Shown piece after piece: positions 35,059-44,204 of a stretch of 64,000 nt of DNA. Position 1 is the stretch's first letter. The number at the start of each line of letters is the position of its first letter. Location: contig CBDCNQ010000001.1 of NCBI GenBank assembly GCA_965219445.1, positions 128,001 to 192,000 on the forward strand. The letters are read 5' to 3'. The position numbers and the translations under genes were made by a program. Source of the DNA: Longimicrobiales bacterium (lineage in GTDB: Bacteria; Gemmatimonadota; Gemmatimonadetes; Longimicrobiales; Gaopeijiaceae). The notes below the pieces were generated by a model. It was not told the DNA's origin. It saw only the letters and a program-made list of their open reading frames with translations, and did no database searches.

Positions 35059-35577
35059 CTAGTGCCACGAAATTCCCACGCCTAATTCGGAAATGTTGGT
35101 GTTGCCACCAGCAAATGCCCCGCCGTTGAAGTTCAGGACCGGGGTGACGGACCAGTTGTCCCCCACGCGCACGTCATAGCCTACCCCAAGGACGGCTCCG
35201 CCACCGTTTTCGGTGACGCTAATGCCAAGAACTTCTACCGAAAGACGAGACCACCCGAGCCCGCCCTTCAGAAAGAATCCGTTTGTGGCGCTGGGATAGA
35301 AGTAGGCCACGGCGCTGGTGTTCGTGTGCGTGAGGGTAGTTCCGGATTGCTCCTTCACCCATGCGTTGGATTCCACACCGAGTAAGAGCCTTTCGTTTAT
35401 GGTACCGCCGAGCTTGACGTATCCCACGACTCCAGTGTCTCGGCCGGTGCCATCAGCAATCCCCAAGGAGCCACCACCGAAACCAAATCCGACCCAGAAG
35501 CCCTCATGGGATTGCGCTTGAGCCGCACCGGCAGTCATTAGGACAAGAAGTCCCAGTATAGAAACAACTCTCTTCAT
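35059..35577 (-). CDS. Outer-membrane beta-barrel domain protein
   Basis: Signal peptide (AAQA), amphipathic Gly/aromatic-rich strands, C-terminal GISWH. Confidence 0.75.
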   Translation of the reverse strand: MKRVVSILGLLVLMTAGAAQAQSHEGFWVGFGFGGGSLGIADGTGRDTGVVGYVKLGGTINERLLLGVESNAWVKEQSGTTLTHTNTSAVAYFYPSATNGFFLKGGLGWSRLSVEVLGISVTENGGGAVLGVGYDVRVGDNWSVTPVLNFNGGAFAGGNTNISELGVGISWH

Positions 35578-35998
35578 GTTCTCTTCTCCCCTCGTTGAAT
35601 CTCTTTGCGTGACGGCCCCCCGAAAATCACGGCCTTTGAGGCACACCGTATTTCTTCTCGTCGTCGTCAGGGGGATCAGCAGCTGATGAGTATGCCGCTA
35701 CAAGAAACATGTGACACAGATTCCACCGCAGGCAAGCCTTTTATGGGGCCTTATTCGGCCCTGCGGGGGGTCCCACGTCGAGATATTCGCAGGGGATGGC
35801 GAGGTGGAGATTGCATGGGCTTTGCGTCAAGCCACCGTCGAGGTCCCAAGACATGGCGCCCATGCGCCCAAGCTACGGTTGACGATCGGGCGGTGCGATG
35901 GCTGGACGGGACTACGACCGGCGCCTGCTTGACCACGAGGGCGTCAACGTTGAACCGATCGTCTTGAGCAGCGCCGCCCACCGCCGAGGAAGACAGTG

Positions 35999-36454
35999 CT
36001 AAAGCTCCGGCGGCACGCTCCAGGCTAACTCCCATCCCTCTTGGCCAACCTCGAGGCAAACGATGCCGGCGTTGGTGAAGCGGACGGGGGTCGCCTCAGG
36101 TGAGCCGGTCAGGAGAAATCCAGCTAGACGAGCGAGGAAGGGCAGGTGCCCCACGAGCATGACGGTTTTGTCTTCGTCGCCCAGCGCTTCAGCCACCGGC
36201 CGGACATCGTCCAGGGGGGCCAATCCCGGCGCCACCCTCACTCCGAGCGCTGGCTGAAGGTGGACGCTGAGGATCTCGGCCGTCTCGGCGGCTCTCCGCT
36301 TGCCACTATGGCGAATCTCGTCGACTCCGAGGCCCTGCTCCGCGCCCCAGGCTGCCATGCGGGAGACGGTGTCGGCCCCCTCGGAGCGGAGGGGTCTGTC
36401 GGGATCCTCGTCCTTCGACATGGCCACGCCGTGTTGAACGAGAAGGAGTCTCAC
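35999..36454 (-). CDS. sixA: Phosphohistidine phosphatase SixA-like
   Basis: LLLVQHG, DPDRPL, HSGKRRAAETA, LVGHLPFL. Confidence 0.85.
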   Translation of the reverse strand: MRLLLVQHGVAMSKDEDPDRPLRSEGADTVSRMAAWGAEQGLGVDEIRHSGKRRAAETAEILSVHLQPALGVRVAPGLAPLDDVRPVAEALGDEDKTVMLVGHLPFLARLAGFLLTGSPEATPVRFTNAGIVCLEVGQEGWELAWSVPPEL

Positions 36455-36531
36455 TAGCTCTCGCCTAGCTCACCCTCGATGGCGTAGCGGCCCTCTAGGG
36501 CGGTGTTCAGACGAGCGACTGCGTCGGACAT
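36454..36531 (-). pseudogene. 25-codon N-terminal stub of a Ser/Thr kinase
   Basis: Reads MSDAVARLNTALEGRYAIEGELGES*, near-identical to the start of the kinase at 34817; its stop overlaps the sixA GTG. Confidence 0.8.
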
Positions 36532-36597
36532 GGGCGGACTCCGAGTTCAGGCTGCGCTCAACATCCGAGAGTGGACCGGTAGGCGCAAGCAGAAGCC
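36529..36597 (-). promoter_or_regulatory. Promoter/RBS module copy 1
   Basis: TTGCGC-17nt-GATGTT...GGAG...ATG on the minus strand; shares identical 18- and 21-nt blocks with copy 2. Confidence 0.65.
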
Positions 36598-36653
36598 CGT
36601 CAGGCGCCCGAAATTGTGGGGTTTATCACTGAGAGTGTCACTAGTGACTTGGG

Positions 36654-36923
36654 CTACCTCGGGGGCAAGAAAGGTCCCTGGGTCCGAACATCACGATTTC
36701 GCATGAACCTGATGAAGAGCAGCCCTAGTAGAAAAACTCCAAGCCCCAAAGACCAATGCATAAAGGTCGCAAAGGCGATCGGGACCGCCACGTTCGCCAC
36801 CAACACGAGACTGACGATTCCAAGAGCACTTCCAGGGGATTCCCCCTTGAACTGCGCTGAGATCCAGATGATGTAAGGTAGTCCAAAGAAAAAGAGAAGG
36901 ATTCCCCATGTTTGCAGGTCCAT
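36654..36923 (-). CDS. Small 3-TM hypothetical membrane protein
   Basis: MDLQTWGILLFFFGLPYIIW...; ATG directly behind module copy 2. Confidence 0.65.
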   Translation of the reverse strand: MDLQTWGILLFFFGLPYIIWISAQFKGESPGSALGIVSLVLVANVAVPIAFATFMHWSLGLGVFLLGLLFIRFMRNRDVRTQGPFLPPR

Positions 36924-36988
36924 GTGACACTCCGGGATCAGACCGCGCTCAACATCCGAGAGCGGGGCGGTAGGCGCAAGCAGAAGCC
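36921..36988 (-). promoter_or_regulatory. Promoter/RBS module copy 2
   Basis: Same TTGCGC-17nt-GATGTT...GGAG...ATG layout as 36529-36597. Confidence 0.65.
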
Positions 36989-37023
36989 TCTCGCTGAGGT
37001 ACTCGCCTGGGCTATCATCGGGC

Positions 37024-37060
37024 AAAAGCAGGACGGGGGAGACCGAAGCCTCCCCCATCC
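37024..37060 (-). terminator. Intrinsic terminator-like hairpin
   Basis: Minus strand GGATGGGGGAGGC-TTCG-GTCTCCCCCGTCC then TGCTTTT. Confidence 0.6.
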
Positions 37061-37199
37061 GAAAACTGTGTACGTTGTTGTGTAAATTAGCGTCCACTAA
37101 CCCCGTGTATGGATCGAAAATCGTACCCGGGAAAAGTGGATGATTCCCTCATTCCTCCTCGTATTTGGTGAAATACGGCCCCTACTGGCCCCGCGTGTA

Positions 37200-37239
37200 A
37201 ACCAGGAGGTTGGTGGTTCGAACCCTCTCGGGCGTACTA
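37200..37239 (+). pseudogene. 3' half of a tRNA, most like tRNA-Arg (att-site remnant)
   Basis: AACCAGGAGGTTGGTGGTTCGAACCCTCTCGGGCGTACTA: 3' anticodon stem, variable loop, T arm with one mismatch, acceptor strand; no 5' half. Confidence 0.75.
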
Positions 37240-37343
37240 GCAAAAGGAGGGGCTCTATCGCACTCCCGCCCTCCAATCGGGGAAGTCCAAAGTCCAGCAG
37301 AAGCCGGCCCTCCTGTAGCGCCTCCAAGGCCCTCACCCACACA

Positions 37344-37432
37344 CTCCGAGGCCCCTGCACCCTCATGGAGACGGTCTGCGGCGAAGCCGTGGAGCGAAGC
37401 GTCGGCGGAGTGAGGGTGTAGGGGCCTCGGGG
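37344..37432 (+). repeat. 22-bp inverted repeat (MITE/REP-like hairpin)
   Basis: CTCCGAGGCCCCTGCACCCTCA / TGAGGGTGTAGGGGCCTCGGGG; both mismatches are G-U compatible. Confidence 0.8.
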
Positions 37433-37460
37433 CGTCAGGAAGTCTCAGAACGCGAAGGGA
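37428..37460 (+). repeat. 33-bp direct repeat, copy 1 (copy 2 at 44790-44822)
   Basis: CGGGGCGTCAGGAAGTCTCAGAACGCGAAGGGA, 29/33 identical to copy 2. Confidence 0.8.
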
Positions 37461-37497
37461 AGTGTGAGCGCGTCGCCTCATCCGCTGACGGGCCTTA

Positions 37498-38079
37498 CTA
37501 GTTGTGCATCCCCCCCATCCCCGGGTCCGTCCCCCCGTGCTGCATCAATCCATGCATCATCGCCATTCCGCTGCCGAGTTGCTCGAGCTGCTCCTCGGTC
37601 AAGACGCTCCTGACTTCATCCGCGGCTTGCGCCATCGCCACATGCGCCTGCACCATTAGGTCGGCGCCTACCTGAAGCGCGTGCTCGTAGGCGGCGAAGT
37701 CAGGCGAATCACCTTGGAGCGCAGCACGGACATCCTCATGGGCTCCTACCATGCCCGGCATATGAGGCTGAGCGGCTTCCGAGTACTCCGCTTCGATGGC
37801 CTCCAGCTGAGCCATCTGGTCATCGGTGAGAGTCAGTGCCTCTCTCATACTGAGGATCATCGCTGGCCCAGGGCCGCCCGTGACCACGATCCCCACACCC
37901 TGCCCCACCCTTTGCAGCATCTGGCTGCTCATACCCTCCCCCATCATCATGCCTCCATCAATGGCCCCATGAATCATTGGGCCGGGCATCTCATGCTCCT
38001 GAGCCGACAGGCCCGACGTGATGAAGAACAGTCCGACGCCAAGCGCCGATATTCGACCCAACATCGTTAGTCCGATCAT
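37498..38079 (-). CDS. Spy/CpxP-like periplasmic protein, Met/His-rich
   Basis: Signal peptide; LTLTDDQ...L and VLTEEQ (LTXXQ) motifs. Confidence 0.75.
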   Translation of the reverse strand: MIGLTMLGRISALGVGLFFITSGLSAQEHEMPGPMIHGAIDGGMMMGEGMSSQMLQRVGQGVGIVVTGGPGPAMILSMREALTLTDDQMAQLEAIEAEYSEAAQPHMPGMVGAHEDVRAALQGDSPDFAAYEHALQVGADLMVQAHVAMAQAADEVRSVLTEEQLEQLGSGMAMMHGLMQHGGTDPGMGGMHN

Positions 38080-38230
38080 GGATCTTTCCCCTCCGGGGTG
38101 GACCTGAAGTGTAACCTGCGCACGGGAGAAGACGGAGCGCCGCGATGCGTTCGCGACAGACGCCTCCTCGAGTCGCTCTAATATGGAGATCTGCAGTGCG
38201 GTGCGCGAGTGGGAGGCACCGTGTCTTATC

Positions 38231-39433
38231 CTACCCAGCCAGCTCGGCAATCAATACCCACGTGGGCCCGTTCCCACCTTCATAGGTTTCCTGGGGGGTA
38301 AGCTCGCCGCTGTCTTGGTTGACCTCGTAGGTCGCCAGGCGGCCATAGTTTCTCCTCCCGCCCCCGGCAACCACAAGAAACCGGCCTTGCGGGTCGAGAC
38401 TGAAGGCCCTGGGCCCGGGCTCGGTGGGTACTCGGCCGGTTGCAGTGAGCCTGCCACTGGATGCATCGATGGTGAAGCTGGCGACGCTGTCATGCCCACG
38501 GGTGGGAACGAACAAGAACCTCCCGGAGGGACTGATTTGAATCTGGGAGCAAGTGGTGTCACTTGTTAAGTTGTAGTCGTTGGGCACTGTGGAGATGGTC
38601 TGAAAATTCGCTAGTGTTCCTGCCGACGAATCGAGCCGGTACGCCGTGGCGCTGCTTCCCTGCTCGTCCGAGGAGTAAACCACGTCCAGGGTGGGGTGAA
38701 AGCAGAGGTGCCTGGGACCCAAGTATTCCCGCAGGTAGAGAAAGGGGGGGGTGTTGGGGGTGAGGCGCCCCGTATTCTCGTCAAACGTGAACTGAGCGAT
38801 CGCGTTGGGACCTCCGCTGCGGGCGAGGTGAGGCACGAAAACGAATCGGTTGGTCCGGTCAATATGGATTCCGTGCGCCCCATAGGCCGTGTAACGCCAT
38901 TCGATGGGGGGGAAAGTGATGATACCGTCGCTGTTCACAGCGTGGACCGCTGCGGTGCTCTGATATAAGTAGGCCGAGAGCAGAAACCTACCTGTGCGGT
39001 CCGTCGACATTTGAACCGGTTCACCTTGCAGCGGCACTGCTCCAACAAGAGAAAGTCCGCCCGTGCTCTGATCGATTCGGTAACTGGAAAGCTTCTGGCT
39101 GTCCCTATTTCCCACGTAGAGAAAGTTCTTTCCGGGATCGATGGCCAGCGGCCCCGGTCCGCCGTCGACCGCTACTTGCCGCTGCCAGGTGAGCTTTCCA
39201 GTGCTCGGATCCATAGTGAAGATCGAGATTCTGTTGTCACGCTGGAAGGTCACGTACCCGAAATAATCGCTCTCCGATCGCGTTTCGCCCCAGACAGCCG
39301 AGGGCATGGCCGCGACTGACGCTGCCGCCAGGCCGGCCCCTGCAACGACAGCGCTGCTTGTCAAGAAGTCGCGACGCGTATACTCGACAGTTTTGTGACT
39401 GTCCGATTCATTGCTGTGCTCGCGCATCGACAC
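38231..39433 (-). CDS. Lactonase-family (Pgl-like) beta-propeller with Tat signal
   Basis: TRRDFL leader; AHGI..D.TNRFVFVP, GPRHLCFHP, ISPSGRFL..RGHDS, PRAF.LDP.G. Confidence 0.88.
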   Translation of the reverse strand: MSMREHSNESDSHKTVEYTRRDFLTSSAVVAGAGLAAASVAAMPSAVWGETRSESDYFGYVTFQRDNRISIFTMDPSTGKLTWQRQVAVDGGPGPLAIDPGKNFLYVGNRDSQKLSSYRIDQSTGGLSLVGAVPLQGEPVQMSTDRTGRFLLSAYLYQSTAAVHAVNSDGIITFPPIEWRYTAYGAHGIHIDRTNRFVFVPHLARSGGPNAIAQFTFDENTGRLTPNTPPFLYLREYLGPRHLCFHPTLDVVYSSDEQGSSATAYRLDSSAGTLANFQTISTVPNDYNLTSDTTCSQIQISPSGRFLFVPTRGHDSVASFTIDASSGRLTATGRVPTEPGPRAFSLDPQGRFLVVAGGGRRNYGRLATYEVNQDSGELTPQETYEGGNGPTWVLIAELAG

Positions 39434-39549
39434 GTTCCTCCGGTGGGGTGTTGGGGGACCTGACCCTGCGACGGAACCTGCCGATCACAGGCTCGGCGCG
39501 CTACAGCAACACCCCCGGCAGGGTTAGGTGACACCAGTCAATCTCGACA

Positions 39550-39942
39550 TCACGCACCTCCGTTCTGCATGAGACCCAAGGCGTACAGCAGTGCGGCGAC
39601 CATCGCGGTGGCCGTCCGAACGTGGTTCCACATCGTCCACCGGCCCAGGTAGTGCTCCCACACGTCAAGGGCGGCGGGGTCGGTGGCGGATACAGCGGCC
39701 AACTGGTCGTTCAAGGGAACGTTTCCGAGCCCGGTGACGAGGAAGGTGCCCACGAGGTAGAAGAGCGCCCCGCCCAAGAAGAACGGCGCGAAGGGACGAC
39801 CCCAGCTTGCAAGGGCGAGCCCACCTGCGCCGAGCGACACCACGGCCGTTCCGATGAACACACCCAGAAACGAGGGGTTGAGCACGACGACGTTGATCGA
39901 CTGCATCGCGCCGATGCCCTCCGCGGAGGGCACGCCCGCCAG
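39550..39942 (-). pseudogene. Anthrone oxygenase/DUF1772-family membrane protein, 5'-truncated
   Basis: LAGVPSAEGIGAMQSINVVV, GNVPLNDQL, WTMWNHVRT; first TM helix and RBS missing. Confidence 0.75.
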
Positions 39943-40432
39943 GCGGGAGCCTAAGCATGGGTGCTAACGACGTTGGATCCGCCAGCGCGAGGCGGGTAGC
40001 AGTCGCCACGACAAAAAGGATGTCCGCCAGCCCAACTACATTCCACGCCAGGTAGGCAGTGCGCCGCCGACCCTTCGGCGGACCCGTCGCGATCAGCGGG
40101 ATCGCCAGCATGGCGACGATGATGTCACCCCAGCCACCGATCACTGCGAACTCGTACGGTAACTCCCCACGCCCGTACAACACCAAGAAATAGATCCCGA
40201 CGAATCGGGTGAGATGGAAGGCAACGAATACTCGCACATCGAGGCGCGTCGCCCATCGGCGCACTGGTCCGACTCTCCACAGGCACACCAGGCTGAGAAG
40301 CGTGAGGCTGATCAGGATGACTTGGGGCCACGGCGGTAGGAGGTCGACAAGAGCACCAGCCCCCCCAACGACGGTCGCGGCCAGAAGCCACACTCCAAGT
40401 ACAAACGGGACAAACCAGCGCGATTCGCTCAA
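39943..40432 (-). pseudogene. Membrane protein, 3'-truncated and fused out of frame to the DUF1772 remnant
   Basis: FHLTRFVG..FL, GWGDI, WNVVGLADIL; sequence becomes non-protein-like after MLRLP. Confidence 0.65.
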
Positions 40433-40473
40433 CGCCGAAGACCTTGCAAGAGGAGTAGCGCCGCCAGCTGGCC

Positions 40474-41022
40474 TTAAAAGCTCACTCTAAGTGCAAGGCC
40501 AACACGATCGGGGCCCGTTAGTAGCTCTACGCCAACTCTGCGTTGTAGCACTTGGCGGTTGCGGTCGCGGGCTCGCTTTGGCGCATCTATGACGTTCCAG
40601 ATGTAGAGACCAAGACCTGCGGCTACGCTCGTGATTACACCCACTTTGCGGCCAGTGCTGAACTGGTCAAAAGCATCGTCTTCAAATTTTTCGTCTTCCC
40701 AATTTTGGGCTTCTGTGGTGCTGAGCAGTCCATCTGCATTTCCGCCAAACTTTGTTTTGTCATAGTCGGCCAGTTCGAGGTCGGCGGGGTTGTAAAATGC
40801 ATATGCCGAACCAAATGCACCAACGATGGATGTGAAGAACAGAAGGCCTCGTTTCTTGTCGTCCGTATAGAATTGTCCCAATCCCGGCAATGTGGCCGAA
40901 AGATAAAGGGCGACGAGTGGGTCCTTGTACAGTTCTGGTTCTTGTTCTTGTGCCTGTGCCTGTACTCTTGATGTTAGTGTGAGCGCCACGAGCAGCGTGA
41001 GGGTTGTGAAGGCGGTTTTCAT
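40474..41022 (-). CDS. Secreted/membrane hypothetical protein
   Basis: Signal peptide MKTAFTTL...AQA, KDP..A..LS..LPGLGQFY, WNVIDA; AAGGAG RBS; visibly lower GC. Confidence 0.75.
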   Translation of the reverse strand: MKTAFTTLTLLVALTLTSRVQAQAQEQEPELYKDPLVALYLSATLPGLGQFYTDDKKRGLLFFTSIVGAFGSAYAFYNPADLELADYDKTKFGGNADGLLSTTEAQNWEDEKFEDDAFDQFSTGRKVGVITSVAAGLGLYIWNVIDAPKRARDRNRQVLQRRVGVELLTGPDRVGLALRVSF

Positions 41023-41296
41023 GGTTTGCTCCTTGTGCGCCATGGATGGATGTTCTCCAAGTGCGGCAGTTGTGATTGGCGTGTTGGTCGTGATCGAATT
41101 TGACACACCGCTGCGAACCCTACATCGGCCGGAAGGCTCGATGTTCCTCGGCCGTTCGGTCGAAATCAAGGTCGTACCTTTGACCGGTGCGCTGGATGAC
41201 CGACTCGCGTATTGTGGACTGTCATGAGAAACGTCGTTCGATCTCTGTTGGCTGCGCCTCGAGCGTCTGTTTCGGCGGGCCAGGAGGGCGCCCACC

Positions 41297-42637
41297 ATGA
41301 AGGCGAAGCTCGAGAAGAAGCTCTACGGACTGATCTGCAGCCTCGAGGAGATCCAGGCCGAAGCTCAGGTGTTCGAAGAGCGTTACGCGATACAGCTTCG
41401 AGGGGTCCATCCGGACCAGTACAAGTGCGGACTCAACCTCCTGCACTATCTGGCCCTGAGGCAGCACGACGTCAGCGAGCTCCAGGCGGATCTCGGAGCG
41501 CTCGGCCTCTCCCGCCTGGGCCGCGCCGAGTCTCACGTGCTCGCCAGCGTCCACGCGATACTGCACGCACTTCGAAGCCTGCAGGGAAACGAGACGAAGC
41601 TCCGCAAGTCTCCGGTGACCATCAAGCAGGGCCGGAAGATCATCCGCAAGCGTACGAACGCGCTCCTCGGCAAGAAGCTCAAAGGGAGCACCGTGCGAAT
41701 CATGGTGACCCTGCCGTCCGAGGCCGCCGACGACTATTCGCTAATCCGCGACATGATGTCGGCGGGGATGAATTGCGCTCGCATCAACTGCGCCCACGAT
41801 GGACCCGCAGCGTGGGCGCGGATGGTGGCCAACATCGAGAGGGGACGGAAGGCCACGGGCCGTGGCTGCAAGATCTTTATGGACCTGAGCGGGCCCAAGA
41901 TCCGAACCGGTGCTCATGCGCCCGGCCCGAGGGTTACCACGATCAAGCCGGCGAAGGACATCAACGGACGTATCGTGGCCCCCGAGAAAGTCACGCTGGT
42001 CCCCGAAGAGCCACCTGACGCCGAACGATCCGACGCCCTCCCGCGACCCCTTCTGGACAACGGGGTGATCCCCATCTCCGCTGACGTCTTCCGACGCATC
42101 GCTCCAGGGGATCGAATCTCTCTCATCGACACTCGGGGAGAGCCGACGTGTCTGGAAATCGGCAAGGTGGACGCGTGGACCGCTCAAGCACTCTGCGCGT
42201 CCGACGCGCACCTCGAGACCGGCCTCCCGATATCGCTGGGGGACGGATCGGGAAAGATCCGCGCCAGGGGCGTCGTCGGCAGGCTACCCGCCAAGGAGCA
42301 GGCCCTTCTGCTCCGCGTCGGGGACACGCTTCTGATCCACAAGGACCCACGGCCAGGCGAACCTGCCCGTGCGGGCGAAGCTGGCGAGCCCTCCGTGCCC
42401 GCTCACGTCTCGTGTGTCTTCCCCGAGGTTCTCGACGACGTGCGGGTTGGTGAACCCTTGATCCTCGACGACGGCAAGATCCACGGAGTCATCCGTGAAG
42501 TGGGACCGGACGGAGCCCTGGTCGAGATCACCCAAGCGAAGCCGAAGGGCACCAAGCTCAAGGCCGATAAGGGGATCAACCTACCCGAGAGTTCGCTACA
42601 GATCTTCGGTCTCACACTCAAGGACCGGGAGGATCTG
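41297..42637 (+). pseudogene. pyk: Long-form pyruvate kinase, 5' part (IS-interrupted)
   Basis: NLLHYLALR, RIMVTLP, ARINCAHD, MDLSGPKIRTG, DDGKI, KGINLP. Confidence 0.9.
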
Positions 42638-42710
42638 CCCTCTCTGCCAACTTACGTGAGACACGGAGCAGCTAAGGAATTAGAGTAGGGCGAAGGCAGA
42701 GAAACCGAGG

Positions 42711-43160
42711 ATGCTGAGACACCGAGAGAGAATGAAAGAGAATGGAATAGCCCCACCAACCTGGGACGGTAAGCGAAGCGCGGCAGCTCCTGCGGACTCG
42801 GAGGTGGTAGATAGGCCGCTGCGCCGGCGGTTCGCTCCGTCGTACAAGCTGCGGATCGTCGAAGAAGCGGACCGGTGCACGGAGCCCGGAGAGGTTGGCC
42901 GACTCCTACGGCGGGAGGGCTTGTACTCGTCGCACCTGACGACATGGCGCAAGGCGGCGCATAGCGGGTCCCTGAAAGCGCTGTCGAAGAAACGAGGCCG
43001 TAAGCGCGAGCGCAATCCGCTGGAGGAGAAGGTGCGCAAGCTGGAGCGCGAGAACACTCGCCTCGAGAAGGAGCTCCAGAAGGCGCACTTGATCATCGAC
43101 GTCCAGGGAAAAGTTGCAGGGCTGCTGGGATTGAGCCTCGAGGACGGGACGAACTCATGA
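42711..43160 (+). CDS. Transposase OrfA
   Basis: RRRF...YKLRIVEEAD, LLRREGLYSSHLTTWR; G-GGA-AAA slippery site at 43106-43112. Confidence 0.9.
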   Translation: MLRHRERMKENGIAPPTWDGKRSAAAPADSEVVDRPLRRRFAPSYKLRIVEEADRCTEPGEVGRLLRREGLYSSHLTTWRKAAHSGSLKALSKKRGRKRERNPLEEKVRKLERENTRLEKELQKAHLIIDVQGKVAGLLGLSLEDGTNS

Positions 43161-44164
43161 AGGCGACCCAGGAGCTAGCCAAGCACGTAGGGGTGAAGCC
43201 CGCGTGCGATGCGCTCAGGGTGCCGCGAGCCACGTTCTACCGTCGTCGGAGTGCATCGACCGGGCATCAGCAGCCCCGCCCGACCCCCGCCCGGGCCTTA
43301 AGTGAGAGGGAGCGGGACAAGATTTTCGACACCCTGTGTTCGGAGCGGTTCGTGGACCGGTCCCCAGCCGAGGTGGTGGCGACGCTGCTCGACGAGGACG
43401 TCTACCTGTGCAGCGAGCGTACGATGTATCGCGTTCTGGCTTCCCAGGTGCCGGTTCAGGAGCGTCGAGCGCAGCGGAGTCATCCCAAATACCAGAAGCC
43501 CGAGTTGATGGCGAGGGGCCCGAACCAGGTCTGGTCCTGGGATATCACCCGGCTGCTGGGGCCGAAGAAGTGGAGTTACTTCTACCTCTACGTGATCCTG
43601 GACATCTTCAGCCGCTACGTCGTGGGATGGATGGTGGCGGATCGGGAGAACTCTGCCCTGGCCAGCCGGCTGATCCAGCAGAGTTGCTTGAAGCATGGCG
43701 TCCAGCCCCACCTCCTGACCCTGCATTCCGATCGAGGGGCTCCGATGACGAGCCAATGCACGGCTCAACTACTCGCCGATCTCGGCGTGACCCGCTCGTT
43801 GGGCCGACCCCAGGTCTCGGATGACAATCCGTTCTCCGAGGCTCAGTTCAAGACCTTGAAGTACCATCCCTCGTTTCCCGGCCGGTTCGGGGATCAGGGG
43901 CAAGCCAAGACCTTCTGTCGCTCGTTCTTCCGTTGGTATAATGCCGAGCACCGCCATGGCGGCATCTCGATGCTGACCCCCGAACAGGTCCACTTCGGTC
44001 ACGCCGATCGGATCATCGCCTGCAGGAAGGCCGTGCTCCGTGAGGCATGGGCCGCTCATCCCGAGCGCTTCGTCTCCGGTGAGCCGAAGCCTAAACCACT
44101 CCCGGAGGCCGTCTGGATCAATCCTCCCACCCCATCCCTCACGACACAGGAGATTGCTCTCTAA
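43157..44164 (+). CDS. Transposase OrfB (DDE integrase core)
   Basis: VWSWDIT, LDIFSRYVVGW, LHSDRG, DNPFSEAQFKTLK. Confidence 0.95.
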   Translation: MKATQELAKHVGVKPACDALRVPRATFYRRRSASTGHQQPRPTPARALSERERDKIFDTLCSERFVDRSPAEVVATLLDEDVYLCSERTMYRVLASQVPVQERRAQRSHPKYQKPELMARGPNQVWSWDITRLLGPKKWSYFYLYVILDIFSRYVVGWMVADRENSALASRLIQQSCLKHGVQPHLLTLHSDRGAPMTSQCTAQLLADLGVTRSLGRPQVSDDNPFSEAQFKTLKYHPSFPGRFGDQGQAKTFCRSFFRWYNAEHRHGGISMLTPEQVHFGHADRIIACRKAVLREAWAAHPERFVSGEPKPKPLPEAVWINPPTPSLTTQEIAL

Positions 44165-44204
44165 TTGATTTCCAAGAGTGTCTCACTGGCGTTGACAGGT
44201 TCCG

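Larger units (their letters stand above)
42638..44204 (+). mobile_element. IS3-like insertion sequence with 3-bp CTG target duplication
   Basis: Imperfect 27-bp terminal IRs sharing CTGYCAAC-N4-GTGAGACAC; CTG at 42635-37 and 44205-07. Confidence 0.92.
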
